The position numbers and the translations under genes are program-made. A DNA stretch of 64,000 nt from Raillietiella orientalis (Eukaryota), in the NCBI GenBank assembly GCA_036172245.1, contig JAYWIR010000003.1, positions 744,001 through 808,000 of the forward strand, in the 5' to 3' direction. Below the pieces are notes generated by a model. That model saw only the letters and a program-made list of their open reading frames with translations, made no database searches and was not told the DNA's origin. The stretch's first letter is position 1; each line of letters starts with the position of its first letter. Below, piece after piece: positions 21,701 to 33,899 of this stretch.

Positions 21701-24700
21701 CTTTACATGAGGACGTGCTGATTAGTCAGTAGGAAATTTCTTATTTGTTCAGAGTTCACAAACATTTGAGATATCGGAAGAAACATGAAAGTGCTATAGT
21801 CAGATGAAATACCAATATGCTATGAAAAGTTCCAACTACTTGAAATATCTATTCAGAATCCAAAACCAAAAACAGGATATATCTAATGCTCGTATTTACC
21901 GATCTAGATGATTCACGCTTGAAAGGAGTTGCATTAGCTTTTTTCTTTTCTTTTTCTTGGTTGTTCTAGTCTTCCAGTGAGAACGGCTAATCGCGTCGCA
22001 TCCATGAAAAAACAAACTATAGATTACCAAGAAAACCTGTTTAGAGAATTTTTGAGGCGCCTTTGTTGCATTAGCTGCCCTGAAGCGTGTCGAAATTGTG
22101 GAGATGGAAGCAGTAGGTGTGAAAGTGCTTCTGTGAAGAAGGAAAGCTAAATGCATCACTACCAAAGCCTACCCACGAAAGAAACAGTACCAGAGAGATA
22201 ATGGTTCATCATTTTGGAAGTTTCGTAGATGATATGTTCATACTAAATTGCATGAATGAATGTTGCAGCAGATTCGCACTCCATCGAAGTGCAAATCACC
22301 TGATTCGTTGTCTAAAGCCCTTAAGAGAACTTCGTGAGAGAAGATAAGTGTCAAATTGCCTGGTAAAACTGCTTGTTGGCAAAGGAAAATCATAGTGCAT
22401 GCAAGAATGGAAATGGTCTACGAAATGCCACCAAGTTAGTCATGCAGCCAAACTCATAACTAAACTCTGACCACGTCACCTCCAGCATAAGAAATTCTAT
22501 CACGTCATCATGAAGGAATGAGTATGTATCTCAAATAGATCAGAGTTCCCATGTGAAATCAGACGAGTGTTTAAAAGGAGCTGAAATCTTTGCTGAACTG
22601 CTTATCAGATAATGCAAGGCGAGCTGAATCATCCTTGAGCTATGATCCGATTTCAAGAGATACAAGATGGAGAATGCGAAAGATTCTTTGATGGCATTTA
22701 TTGTTTCTTTCGAAAAGCTACGTGATCATGCAGGTGGTCATGGAAGAGATCTATGGAAAAAGTGCCCATAGGATACTTGGAAATGCAGTTTGAAAGCAGC
22801 AGCAGGGGGGGGGGGGGACGAGAGAGCAATCACCTTTTAAGGCAACTTTTAGATAGATAGTTGCTTCGGGACCAAGTGTGAACTGGACAACAGGCAATGA
22901 CCTAATCTTTCCTTGACAAAAATCTGATGTTTCCAACGAGCTTGAACGGCAACTACTCTGTCAAAGGGATGTCTACTGATGGTCTCTGGAAAAGGGAAGG
23001 GTTCTCAAACCAATGATCAGGCAAGAGTTGTTGGTCATGCGACGACAACGACTGCCACCTATCAGGAGTCCCGCTGTTGGTGTGCACCGAAATCGTGAAA
23101 ACTGTTATTTTGTTGACCAAACCATGAGAAAAGAAAAGAAAAGCATTCGCTTCCTGGCAGATGTGATCTTCTTGGGCCGCTTCCCTCTTGGTCGACGCCT
23201 TCCGAGGAAAAGTAGCCAAGGAGTTCGTACTCTCGGGGCGCACGGATCTCCTTCCGCAAACACGGGCAAAACTCCTCAAGCAACCTCTCCCACCTAGTCG
23301 TCGGTTCCTCTCCTCATTTTTTAGGTTCTCCTCTCTCCCCCTCATTCTCGGATCAAGCGCGGATTCCTGAAGAAAACGCGTCCTCCCCTATGTGAAACTC
23401 CCAGCGCTTCGAGCATTCGGCACTTTATTAAGGCCTCTTCGGTCCATTGAATTGCAGCAGACTGCAAGCTCCTATGAGACGCGTCGTCCCAGACTGGCTT
23501 TCGGCGGAGATGCGCCAGGGTGCGCGTGGTCAGTCGGGACACACCCCGAAAGAGACCTCTCGAGTCTCCGAGTAGAGCTTCCCTTTGTTGCTGCGCTGCT
23601 CACCGAGGGGAATGAAAGTACTTTTTGAAGGTCATTCAGACGAGGCTTTCGGACGTGCTCGCTGGTTCCTCCTCTTCGAAGGCAGATGGACGAGCTGAGC
23701 CAGCGAGCATTTCGGGGCTGCCCACATAGGTAGAACAAATCCACACCTCGCCATCACCCAACGAATGGAGTATCGTGAGTGCCACCGGTGGAGCCTCTCT
23801 TCCTCTTGACCATCATCGGGTGCTGCGGGGACTTGTTCCTTTCTCAGGGAACAAGTCCCAAGACAAGTGCCCTGCTCTCAGGGGAATCCTTTCTCAGGAA
23901 GTCGGATCCAACAGAGAGGTCATCCACCTTACCTCGGTTTCTCCTGACGACTTGACTGAGGTCACGCTCCTCCAACCTCGCCCGCCTCAGTTTGAGGAAC
24001 GCTCCAGGATCCGAGGAGCCAGCAGGCCGCAGGGAATCCCAACGACCTTTTGGGAAAGATAGTAGAGGAAGACGATGGTTGAGAAGGGGGTGAGCCAGAT
24101 TTCCATGGGATCCATCGCGATCATTACGGTTCTCTTCGTTGGTAGTGTGAATCGCGCATCACTAGAGTGTCCCTCCACTTAAGGGGCATCCAGAAAGGAA
24201 CACAATGACCTCTCCTTCCTAGATCCCACGCGGAAAACGTTCGAAACGCTTGCGGCCTCCCCAACTCCCTCTACCAGCTTGCGGAGCAGTCGAGCCATGG
24301 ATGCACTACGGGGAGACCGACTAATCGTCGAGCGACCGCCACCGCGGCCATGACTCCAGAGAACAAGCACATGAAGAGAGAACTCTTCAGCCCTCCCACC
24401 ATCCTTCTCCTTCTTCTCCTTCCGAGAAATCGAAGTGGAATGATAGGAGGGGCTCCTCGGAGCTTCAGATGTGTGCACCCGCCCATGCTGCCACCCCAAG
24501 AAGGAAGTCTTCGTCAGAGTCGACTACCAAAGCGCGCAGCCGAGCTCCTGCAGTTGCTTCTCTACCGCCTACCTTCCTCCAGTTTTCTAGGAGTCCGGAA
24601 ATGACTGCTAGGGAAACTCCCGGGACTTCTTAAGGAAGTGGGTGGAGATACGGACTGGCCTCGCTTTTGTACCCAGAAGGAAGCAGGAGACAGTCTGTGT

Positions 24701-26449
24701 CTCCAGCCACTTCTAGAAGTAGGCTCCAACACCATCGCTGATGAGCTCGCAATAGGCATTCTTCGCGGCTGTTTCACCACAAGCTTCCAGGGAATCCAGC
24801 TTCTCCTCTACCCAGCCATCCGATCCAGCGGTGGAGCTCCTCTGGGGAGGAAGACACCATGGAGAAGAGGAGGAGCGTTGGGAGATACTGTCGGAAGGGA
24901 AAGGACGCGAACTTCTAAGACGCTGCAGGCAAGGGGTGGAGGTCTTCCGCGTGCAGTTACCTCAAGGGGAGCGGTCAGTCGAGACCTTTCCGGGAGCGAC
25001 AGGAAGCAATCCTTCCGAGCTCTCTCCACTCGGAGACAACCGCCTTCCCTCCGGCTACTACGGAAGAGGCCTTGGTTTTGAAGAAAAAAGGAAGCAAATA
25101 AACACTGAGGCAACACGACAGGAGATAACGATGATAAAAGTCAGCAACCGACTTTTTGTGCCAATGACGATGAGCACCTTTCAATGGCATATAACTGAAA
25201 GAAAGCGAATCACGCACAAACAGAAAGGAAGAAAGAAAGAAAAAAAGGTGTGGGATTAAAAGTGTTCATCCAGCTTTGGAAACGATAAAGAGGAACATCC
25301 TCACCATCTTATCCAAGGTAGCACCCTTCCTCGTGGAATCAGCTTCCGTTGCAAAGGCAACAGACACCGATGCAGACCGTGCGAAGCACCCGCTTGGTTT
25401 CCCAGACGAAAACTCCTCGCCATGTGCGTGTTCAGCACGGGAAGACCAGCAGAAGTATGAGAGAGACCTTTGGAAGATGCGTGTCCAACCATCGCATGCA
25501 GCCGGTGGGAAGTTCACCAGGCGGCTCATCTCGATGCGTCAGTTTCCAAGCGAACAGTTTTCCAGGGAGCTTCCATCCGAAATTTCGGAACGTAAAAAAT
25601 AAATCCCTGGGGAATTCTCCATCACAGGAGGAGCGATGCTATGCATCAGTGGTCACATTGCACTAGTGGCATCCTGGCTGAAAGAGTGCCCGTTGTGCAC
25701 CCCGGCTGGCTGCAGCAGCCATCCGATTCAGCAGACCTGAGCTACCCGGGACCTCACGCGCCGCCGGATGCCAGCCAGCCCTTCGGGGACCCCACCTCCG
25801 GCGCTCGCGCGAGCGCAGGGGGGGAGGGAGAACGAGGCGCTAGCAATTCTCTGGCGGAGACGCGGAGAGGCAGCGTCGGGGCTTGCCCCTCTTCCTCCCC
25901 CTGTCGTGCTTTCCCTTCTTCCACCCCTTGCTAGGATCGGAGGCACGGGCTCCTAGCCGATTTCCGGGACGGAGCCCCCGCAGGGGCTCACTGGCCCCTG
26001 CGGCTCACTGGCTCTCGTTTGCCATGCACCTCCTCCCTGGCATGGCTGTCCAGCCGGTGGTACCTCCTAGCAATCCTCCTGGGGTCCCTCGCGCGGCTGC
26101 CGGGAATGCGCATGAATATGCGTACCGAACCTTCTCCAGCGAAAGAGACCCTCTTTGCCTCCAGTGGACAATACTCCAACGAGCTTAGGCGTGTATGAGA
26201 CGGTAACCGGGGTGATCCTTAGTAGACAAGGGGTAGCTCCAAATTCAAGATGCTGTCCAAGGCTGGGCATGGATGTGCTCCTGGGTGCTTTCCCTGCACC
26301 CTAGGATCCATGCGCGCCGGGAGTCAACTGTACGTCTCATGTGGCGATGAAACGCGCACTCTCCACTTGTCGCCTTCAGCTCTCCCTACCAGAAGGTCCA
26401 TGTGCTTGGCTCCAGCCGGAGGCTCGATTCCCGACTTCTCGCATACCCC

Positions 26450-27350
26450 ATGATGTCCCGTCCCGGTTTGCTCATCTCACCGCCTACTGCGCCGGGAACG
26501 AACACTCTCAGATGCGTTGTTTTCGCAGCCACCGTTCACCGGATCTCCCGAAGAGGGTTTAGAACTTTTTGGTCGAAACGCGAACAGCTCTGAAGCAGTT
26601 TTCATCGTCAAAGCCGTCGGACTTGTCCGAAAGGCTGGAAAGACCATGGCATCTCTTTGAGCGGTCGGCGCCATAAGCATGTATTTTCTGTTCCGAAGGT
26701 CGAGGCGTGTTCCGAGAATCTCCCGGACATCAGTAAGAAGATCCTACCTGTTTTCGGCACGTTGTTCCGAGAGAAAATGCCCATGCGTGGTGCAAGGCCA
26801 CCTACTGGGAGCGCGGTCGTACCGTGGTCTCGTACATTGAAGTGTCTTTGCCACTTCTGAGTCTGAGGGATCCAGCGTTCGACGACAGCTGCACCATTCC
26901 GATTCCACCAGAAATCACATCAGCAAGGTTTCTCTGCGGGCCCTGAAATCGCCCCGCTTCCAGTCGCGAAGTTCCGTTTCCGCGAGTGTGGATAGAAGAA
27001 GGATCGAACCTTCAACGCCCGTGACTCCCTCGCGTGGGAACCCTTCCAAACACAGGAATAAAAATCGGGACACGCAAAACCGGACAGCCATGAAGACCTC
27101 GGAGGGGAAACGAATTCATCTGGCTGCTACAGACGGGCGAGCGTTTTGGAGGTTTCCGATCGCAGGCACACCAGGAGAGCAAGGGTCCTTCGGCTTGTGA
27201 AGACAAAGCGAAGGCAGATGTAGCTCGCCGTTCGTGAGAACGTCGTGTTGGTTCACGCAAGCACATCCCTCGCCGAGATGCCGGCGGGTCCCACAAATGA
27301 AGATGCGGGACATTGCACTTCATATCTGATCGGTTCACTATTTTCTTGCG
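26450..27350 (-). mobile_element. Possible gag-like remnant of a DIRS-like retrotransposon
   Basis: PSLCLHKPKDPCS resembles the Cys-rich DIRS ORF1 start; QRDA...ELF resembles its end; highly decayed. Confidence 0.3.
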
Positions 27351-27599
27351 AATCTCATGATTAACTCTTTTCGTGAGGGAGAGAAGCGACCGCTTTCGCT
27401 CATTCAACAACAGGTGAGCGAACTCTGACCCAAAATAGTGATAGGAATCGCGCATCTCCCTTGCATCTCGGAATAACTGAGACTGTCTGCCCTGAGGGGG
27501 AATGCGAAACCAGGATACCAGCTGGAAACATTGTAGCCATTGCGTCCTCGATAGGAACGTTCGAACCAAAATGTGCCTCTGACCAGCGGTCAACGTGTA

Positions 27600-29900
27600 C
27601 CGTGAAGTTCACTTACGAGAAAATCTTTCCGTTTCATTATATCTTTCACCCGAAAAGATAACAGCATATTCGAGGGCCTACTCTGGGTTACCCAACAGAC
27701 GGAAATTGGAAACGGAGATGTTCAAAACAATAAGGACCGTGGGAATTGCTACCATAGGGTGCTACTGACCTGGGAGTCGAGATGGTTCCGGGTGCCACAC
27801 ACATTGCAATACCAAGTCATCCAGGTGAGGATTATGTGGTAAAAAAAGATCAACAACCGTAATCAGGCTAAGAGACCCTCTTACGGCTCCTCGCAATCCA
27901 GGAAGGGCATGGAGTCCATTCCTCTCACGCCTGGGGAAAGGATCCCCGAAGAGAACCTTCCACCCTGGTTGTCTCCGAAGGGAATCTTCTTCCTTCCTCT
28001 CTGCGGAGGAACTCCCGGAGGGCTCCACTCCCATTTTTCTTCTCCGGAGGGATCCCCCTCAAGGGATCCGCTCCTGTTTTTGCTCCTCTGGAGAAAACCC
28101 CGAAGGAATACTTCCGAATTTCAGAAGGACGCTGCTTCCCCGAAGGGATCGGCTCGCTTTTCTGCACGCTCGGGAGAGGTGGTTACACACCTACTTCATC
28201 AGTACGACGCGGAGGGACCCCCCGGAATGGGGATTTCTCTCCATTGCGCAACCGCAGGGGGAAATCCTCACTCCTTGATTCCTCGAAGGACCCGAAGGTC
28301 GACTCCCAATGTCCCAGCCCTCATTGGGGGGCATCCGGTTTGAACCGCCACCAATGCGCACCCTAATGAAAGCAGGCTGACCAGCGTCGTCTTGAGAGTG
28401 GAACTGGGAACCCACGACGCACTGCGTCGGATTTCTTCCCGAATATTCAAACCGCGACTCTTGGTAATGCCACGCGCGGAGACCGCGGCAGACACACGGT
28501 CTCCGACGCGGGAAAACAACTGAGCGTTGAGAAAAGATCCAAGAGTGATTAGGAGAATAAGAATAATAAGAATCACAAGCAGACAAATCTCATCACCGTG
28601 GGGTGGTGAAAGTGACGACGGTGAAAGGACTGCAATTTTCGGAATGGGTGAACTTTCATAGGGTATGTGGTTCTCACCGGATGCAGAGATGTGCATAGCA
28701 CCGTGCAAAGAGGGGCTCTTCCTGACTGGAGGTTCTTCTGGCTTGCTGTCGGATGATCCCTTCGCGCGGCCATAATCGAGCAGCCCGTGCTCATTACACA
28801 AAACATGCCCATTACCCAGAAAGGACAGGGGAGGTCAGAGGCCCTCCCGATTAGGGCAAGCAGCGACCAAGCGGGGAGGAGCTGATCCTGGAGAAGAGAA
28901 ATTCTCTTTAGGTCTTTAGGGGCTACTTTATTCTTGTCTTCCGGAAGTCGATGCTCAACTGAGCGTCGTAAAAGTCTCCCAAAGGCAAACAGACCTTTTG
29001 CTTGAAATGATGCTGGGCAACCAAGGAATGAGAAGATAACCAGCTAGGGAGGGCGAAGGAATTGCTCCCCGAGGAAAATTTCGCTTTCGCCTTATGTGGA
29101 GGAAGAGAGCAGGAGCACTGGGGAGAATCTTTCGTGAGCGTCGGCCTGCACGAATCCCGTCCGAAAGAGAGAAATCGGTGCCCCTGCTTGATGAAGGATG
29201 GATCGGTCACAGCCAGGTTCACGCCCTTCAGTTCCTGAGGAATGCAAGATGAGCCTAAGAGGAGCCATTGTTGAAAAGCAACAAGGAGCTGCCAAAGAGA
29301 TAGGCGAAACCTAGGCTGCGAAGGATCCCAGGACGGGGTATGGCGGCATTGCTGCGTTAACGGTCCGAACACGGGAGAAAGTGCCATGACATCGCTGGGT
29401 GGAAGGCGAAGGCACACCAAAGCAGGAGCAAACCGTGCAACAACGTAGCAACACAGTGCATGGCACGATGGCAGCAGGCGTGCTGTCGTCTCCTTGGTGC
29501 TACATCCGTCACCTTGCAGGCGCGAGCCGGATGGATGCTCCTCCTCGTCTTATGCGAGACAGAGGGGAATTCCAAGACGGGTCGCGAACTGCGCTCGCTG
29601 AGATGGCTTTTTCTTGCAGCTGCCTCGCTACCGCACTGGTAGAACCCCAAGAGGACTTGATCCGGGTTCAAGAAGGTGCTCCCGAGCACAACGAAGGGAT
29701 TCCTGGATGGAAGGCTCTCCAGCGTCGCACTCTAGCAGTCCCTGACATCCCAGATCGCGTGGGGAGGGAAGACAACCAAATTTGGAGCCCACTTTCCAGC
29801 TGGAGGCTGTCGGGGCTACTGGAAGCAGTCAGATTGAGTCGCGCGCCGACATCACGAGGGTCGCTCGGCCACTGTTCTCATGCTGCAGCGTAGCAACGAT
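27600..29900 (-). mobile_element. Degenerate DIRS1-like tyrosine-recombinase retrotransposon (YR region and 3' end)
   Basis: VLEF; TPSWD...WLLLGSS...ELKG; and C-terminal EEIRRSASW..STL...SLGCALVAVQ (~28335-28510) resemble DIRS YR motifs. Confidence 0.5.
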
Positions 29901-30699
29901 GCCTCTGGACGCTGTGCGCCTATCTCTTCTCAAGAGGCAAAAGGGTTGAGGTGGCAGGAGATTCGCTAGTGACCTCCGAAGATGCAGCGGCCGAAGCAGC
30001 GCTCAGAGGAACCGACGCAGAGCGGCAGACTTCCAGTCGAGTCGAAACAACCGCGGTTTCCCTAAAGTTGCGAGGCAAAAGCGAAGACGGAGGAGGAGGA
30101 GGAATAGAGGATTCTGGAAGCGCGTCCGACCTCAGTCCAACGAGATGCCGTTGCGATCTTCCTCGGAACCGACGTTTGGCTGCCCTCGACGAATTCCAAG
30201 CAAAAAGCAGGCAACGCCGGAACCCATACGGACTCCCTGCGCTTCCCGCAAAGGAGTAGAACGTGAGCCGCTGCGCGGATGACTCTCTTTTTGCTCCATC
30301 TTCCTCCTTCCTGTCGTCCCGCTCCTTCTGCCGAAGCAACCAACCCGTTAGCCAAGCCATCCATTGCAGATCTTCGTCCCGTGATCTTTGCTACGCTGAT
30401 AGTCTGTCCTCATCGGTCCGTTTCGCTTCCTTTGCACCTTGGTCCAGCTAGGTCAGGTGGCGCCCGCCGCGGGAAAGGCGGCAGCACACCACCTTCCCCG
30501 TGGCGGACCCGAGCGCGCCGAGAAGCGAGTCCGTCTCTTCGAACCGCACAAGACGCCCCGGGCGCCCGAGGACGGAACCGGAGGGAGTGTCTTCGTGACT
30601 ACACCTTCTCTTCCGGGTCATCCAAAGAAACACCCCCAACTAGGATTCTCAGGCTCCTACTCAACGCGCTCAAAGACGAGGATTCAGGTGAGGGGATGG

Positions 30700-33250
30700 G
30701 AATCGCTTTCTGAGCTACTCTATTGGGCACTCTGCCGAAAAAAATAGACTACCCTGAGGCTTCATGCTCCGAGGACTTGAATAGGACGAAGGATGGCGCG
30801 CAGGCACGAACGCACGCTCACCGAACTCCCCTTTCCCGCCTCTTCCCCATCAAAATCCCCCGCAAGCGCCCATCAGGCGAAACACCGCCCCATCCGACGC
30901 TCTCGGGCTCCACCGGTGACGTCACGCAGGTTCTCCTTTGCGAGTTCCCGTACCGCTCGTCGCGTCCTCTCCCTTGCCTTCCGAGGGAGTGCCCGCCGCC
31001 TTTCCGCCTTCCCAAGGAAGCGAGGACCGCGTTCAGATGCCTTCCAGTTCCGGAACCCGGAGGGAACTCCGCGCGAGGCCTAGAGCGAAGAAACGCGCCA
31101 ACCGCGCGCGCGCGAGGATCGCCTCGGGGAACCGAAGGACCGGTGCAACGCTCGGGCACGAAGCTTTCGGGGAAAGGCGACGGGTAGCCCGTCCTCCCGT
31201 GCGGATCCGGCACAAGTTCTTTCCTCCCCTGCCCAGCCCTCCGCTTCCAGCGAGCTCCCGGCGCAACGCGGGGGAGGGGGACTCGGGCCACTTCGGATGT
31301 CGTCGGGGACACGCGTCATGGAACGAGGGGGAGGAGACATCCTGCACGCGGATCCAGGCAGCAGTCGTTGCTTGGACAGGAGCTTACTGGTGCACGTCGC
31401 CGGCCCCCAGGTGCGACGAAGGCAGCGAGTGCAGACCCGACCCCTGGCGATCGTCTGAGGAACGAGAAAACGAGAATCCTCACCGGGTGAGTCCCGCGTC
31501 ACACGAACTCGAGAGCTTTGGGCGAATCTCCGGGCGCTGAAGATCCCCTCCCCCCTCCTTTCCTTGCCGCCGGACGTCCCCCTCACGTCCCCACGATCGG
31601 CGAGAGGGACCGCGAGCTCCCGAGAACCAACGAGAGAGTCGGGTGGGCGCTGAGGGAAAGAGGCCACCATCGATCGGACGCCGGGAGCTCGGCGGCCTCT
31701 CCCGAGCAAGGAGGATCGGCGACGGTTCCCAAGCTAAGCTCACCGTTCGTCAGCCGGCGGGAAAACCGCCCGAGGTGTTCCGCGGCGCGCCGATCGGATA
31801 CGCCGGGCTCCCGCGCCGCGGGGCAGCAGCTCTCCTGTCGGCGAGAGGTTCCGTGAGCCGACGGCGCTGCCGCAGCGGTCCCCGGCCGCAGAGACAGAAC
31901 CTGTTAGACCAGGCCTAGCCTGCAGGCTCTTTTCCAGGACAGCGTTTGAGGGCAACTGGAGGCGTTCGGCTGCCGAGGCGATCGCTTGCATGCTCTCCGT
32001 GCACGAACACTCGGTGGCCGAGGTCGCACTGGGGAAGGGGGGAGAGGGGCCACCCGGGCGAGGAGGCGATCCCCTTTCCAGTTCGGCTCCGGCCGTTGCC
32101 CATGGGTCTCTGAGGGCAGCGAAAGTGGTCAAGGGACGACGCTGTGCCCACGAGGGGAGAGAGAAGAATCTGTCGCACCTCCTCCGCGGGCGCGCGAAAG
32201 CCACAGGGATTGGACAGCGCAGGAGTGTGCCAACAGCTCCGACAGAAACCGAAAAGGGTGCGACAGAGTTCAAGGTCGCAGCCGGACCAATCGCGTTCGA
32301 CACGTCCACGCGAGGAGACGGAAACCGCCGTCCGAGCAGTGCCGCCGAAGGACGGGAATGGCGAACATGATTCCTGGAAACGAGAGGGAACTCCTCCCGA
32401 GCCGCTCCCGCAGTCAGAAGCCGCACAGGGACACCTCACGTGTCGGCACACGCGCCGCGCGTGCCAGAACTGCTCCTCGCCTGTTCCCTCCCGGGAGTCG
32501 GCGACTGCATCTCTGCAGCCGCGAGTAGATGCCCATTGGCTCACGTAACTCAGCCCAGAGACGCAACCCCCCACCACCACGAGGCACGAGAGGGGGGGAG
32601 GGGGTCGACAGCCGATTCGAGAAGAAGCGCTGGTCCAGAGAAGGGGAGAAGGGGGGGAGAAGGAGGAGCATAGGAAAAGCAGCCACCGGTTCGCAGACCG
32701 TTCCGAGCACCTCTGGACCGCAGGGGAGAGGGGTCAACGCGAGCTTCTGTTTGCCTTCGAAGAGACAAATTCCGAGCGGAAGGAGGTGCACAATTTGCGT
32801 TGGCGCGATCGGCTTGCCAGAAGACAGACGGCAGATGAGTGACCTCCAGGTAGAAGCAGCCGCAGAGCACTTTCTCGCGGCAAATTTCGAATTACCTCTA
32901 AAACACTCGAGGTCACTGCCCTCCCTGGCGATGCCGGAATCGATTCCTGCATCTCCAGATGCAATAAACGAGAGAGCATCGCTATGATCTTCTGCACCAC
33001 AACGACGCGGCTCCAGCACCACCGCCTCCAGAGACAAATTGCAGAACCGTTCGAAATTTTCGGTCATCCGAAGCGAGCTGGACGATGCACATCGAATATC
33101 CTCCCTCCCTCCTCCCAACTATTCCCTCGGTCGCGACTCCGTCCGGCCGATCCGCGGGGACGTCGCTGTCGTTGGCGCTGAGGAGCTGGGAACTTTGCGG
33201 CAGTACCTTCACCTCACATGCTGAACGACGCCATTCCGGATCTCTGTCAC
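30700..33250 (-). mobile_element. Second degenerate DIRS1-like copy (RNaseH/MT to YR)
   Basis: Weak RH/MT remnants (~32600-33000) followed by ATLNSV...P...F.R...LPSW...L and TSA...SMQAI, resembling the YR N-terminal half. Confidence 0.35.
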
Positions 33251-33899
33251 CACCCGGAGTTCACGCAGAGGAAAAACGGAGGGGAGGAAGCGCCGATCCG
33301 CGAGACGCGAAGTAGCGAGCCACCCAGAGGGGCGTCTTCGGCTTCCGTGACCGCGGACTGGCCAATGATTCCCCTCCATCCGATGCCCTAGCCCGGATCA
33401 TCATGCACGTGATCAGCGCTCTTCGGAGGGTGCGCGTGAATAAGTGCGGAAGTCACAGGTAGGGGAGGTTGCAGGGGGTCCGATTGCGCAGCGCTCCATG
33501 CCTTGGGATGGTCGCTTGAAAAACGAACTTCTGGCCGCCTGATTGGCTCTTGCGACCCATGGCGTTCTCGTTCATTCTTCCCTTTGCACGCGCCCGAGGA
33601 ACTGGCAAACGCGTTCGACTGACCCACTCCTCTGCTAGGAGAGCGCCATCCCTGCCACGGAGCGTCGCCGTGTCACCTGGAATTTTCTCTCCTGCTTAAA
33701 GAGCAGGGCGCTGCGATCCGTTCCCAGCTGCTTCCTCGCCGGCAGCGCGGACCGCAGTCTGTGGACAGTGAACGGGAACGGTGGAAGGAAGACCCAATCC
33801 ATCCCCGCATCCGACGAACCGCAGCCGGCAGGCGGGACCCGGTGCACATCCCCAAGGGCAGTGCCTATTTTACTCATACCGCTTGAGGGTGACCTCGAT

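Noticed and set aside
22950..25550. GC-richer block that looks like decayed retroelement sequence
   Set aside because: No ordered diagnostic motifs that I could defend, so no family was assigned
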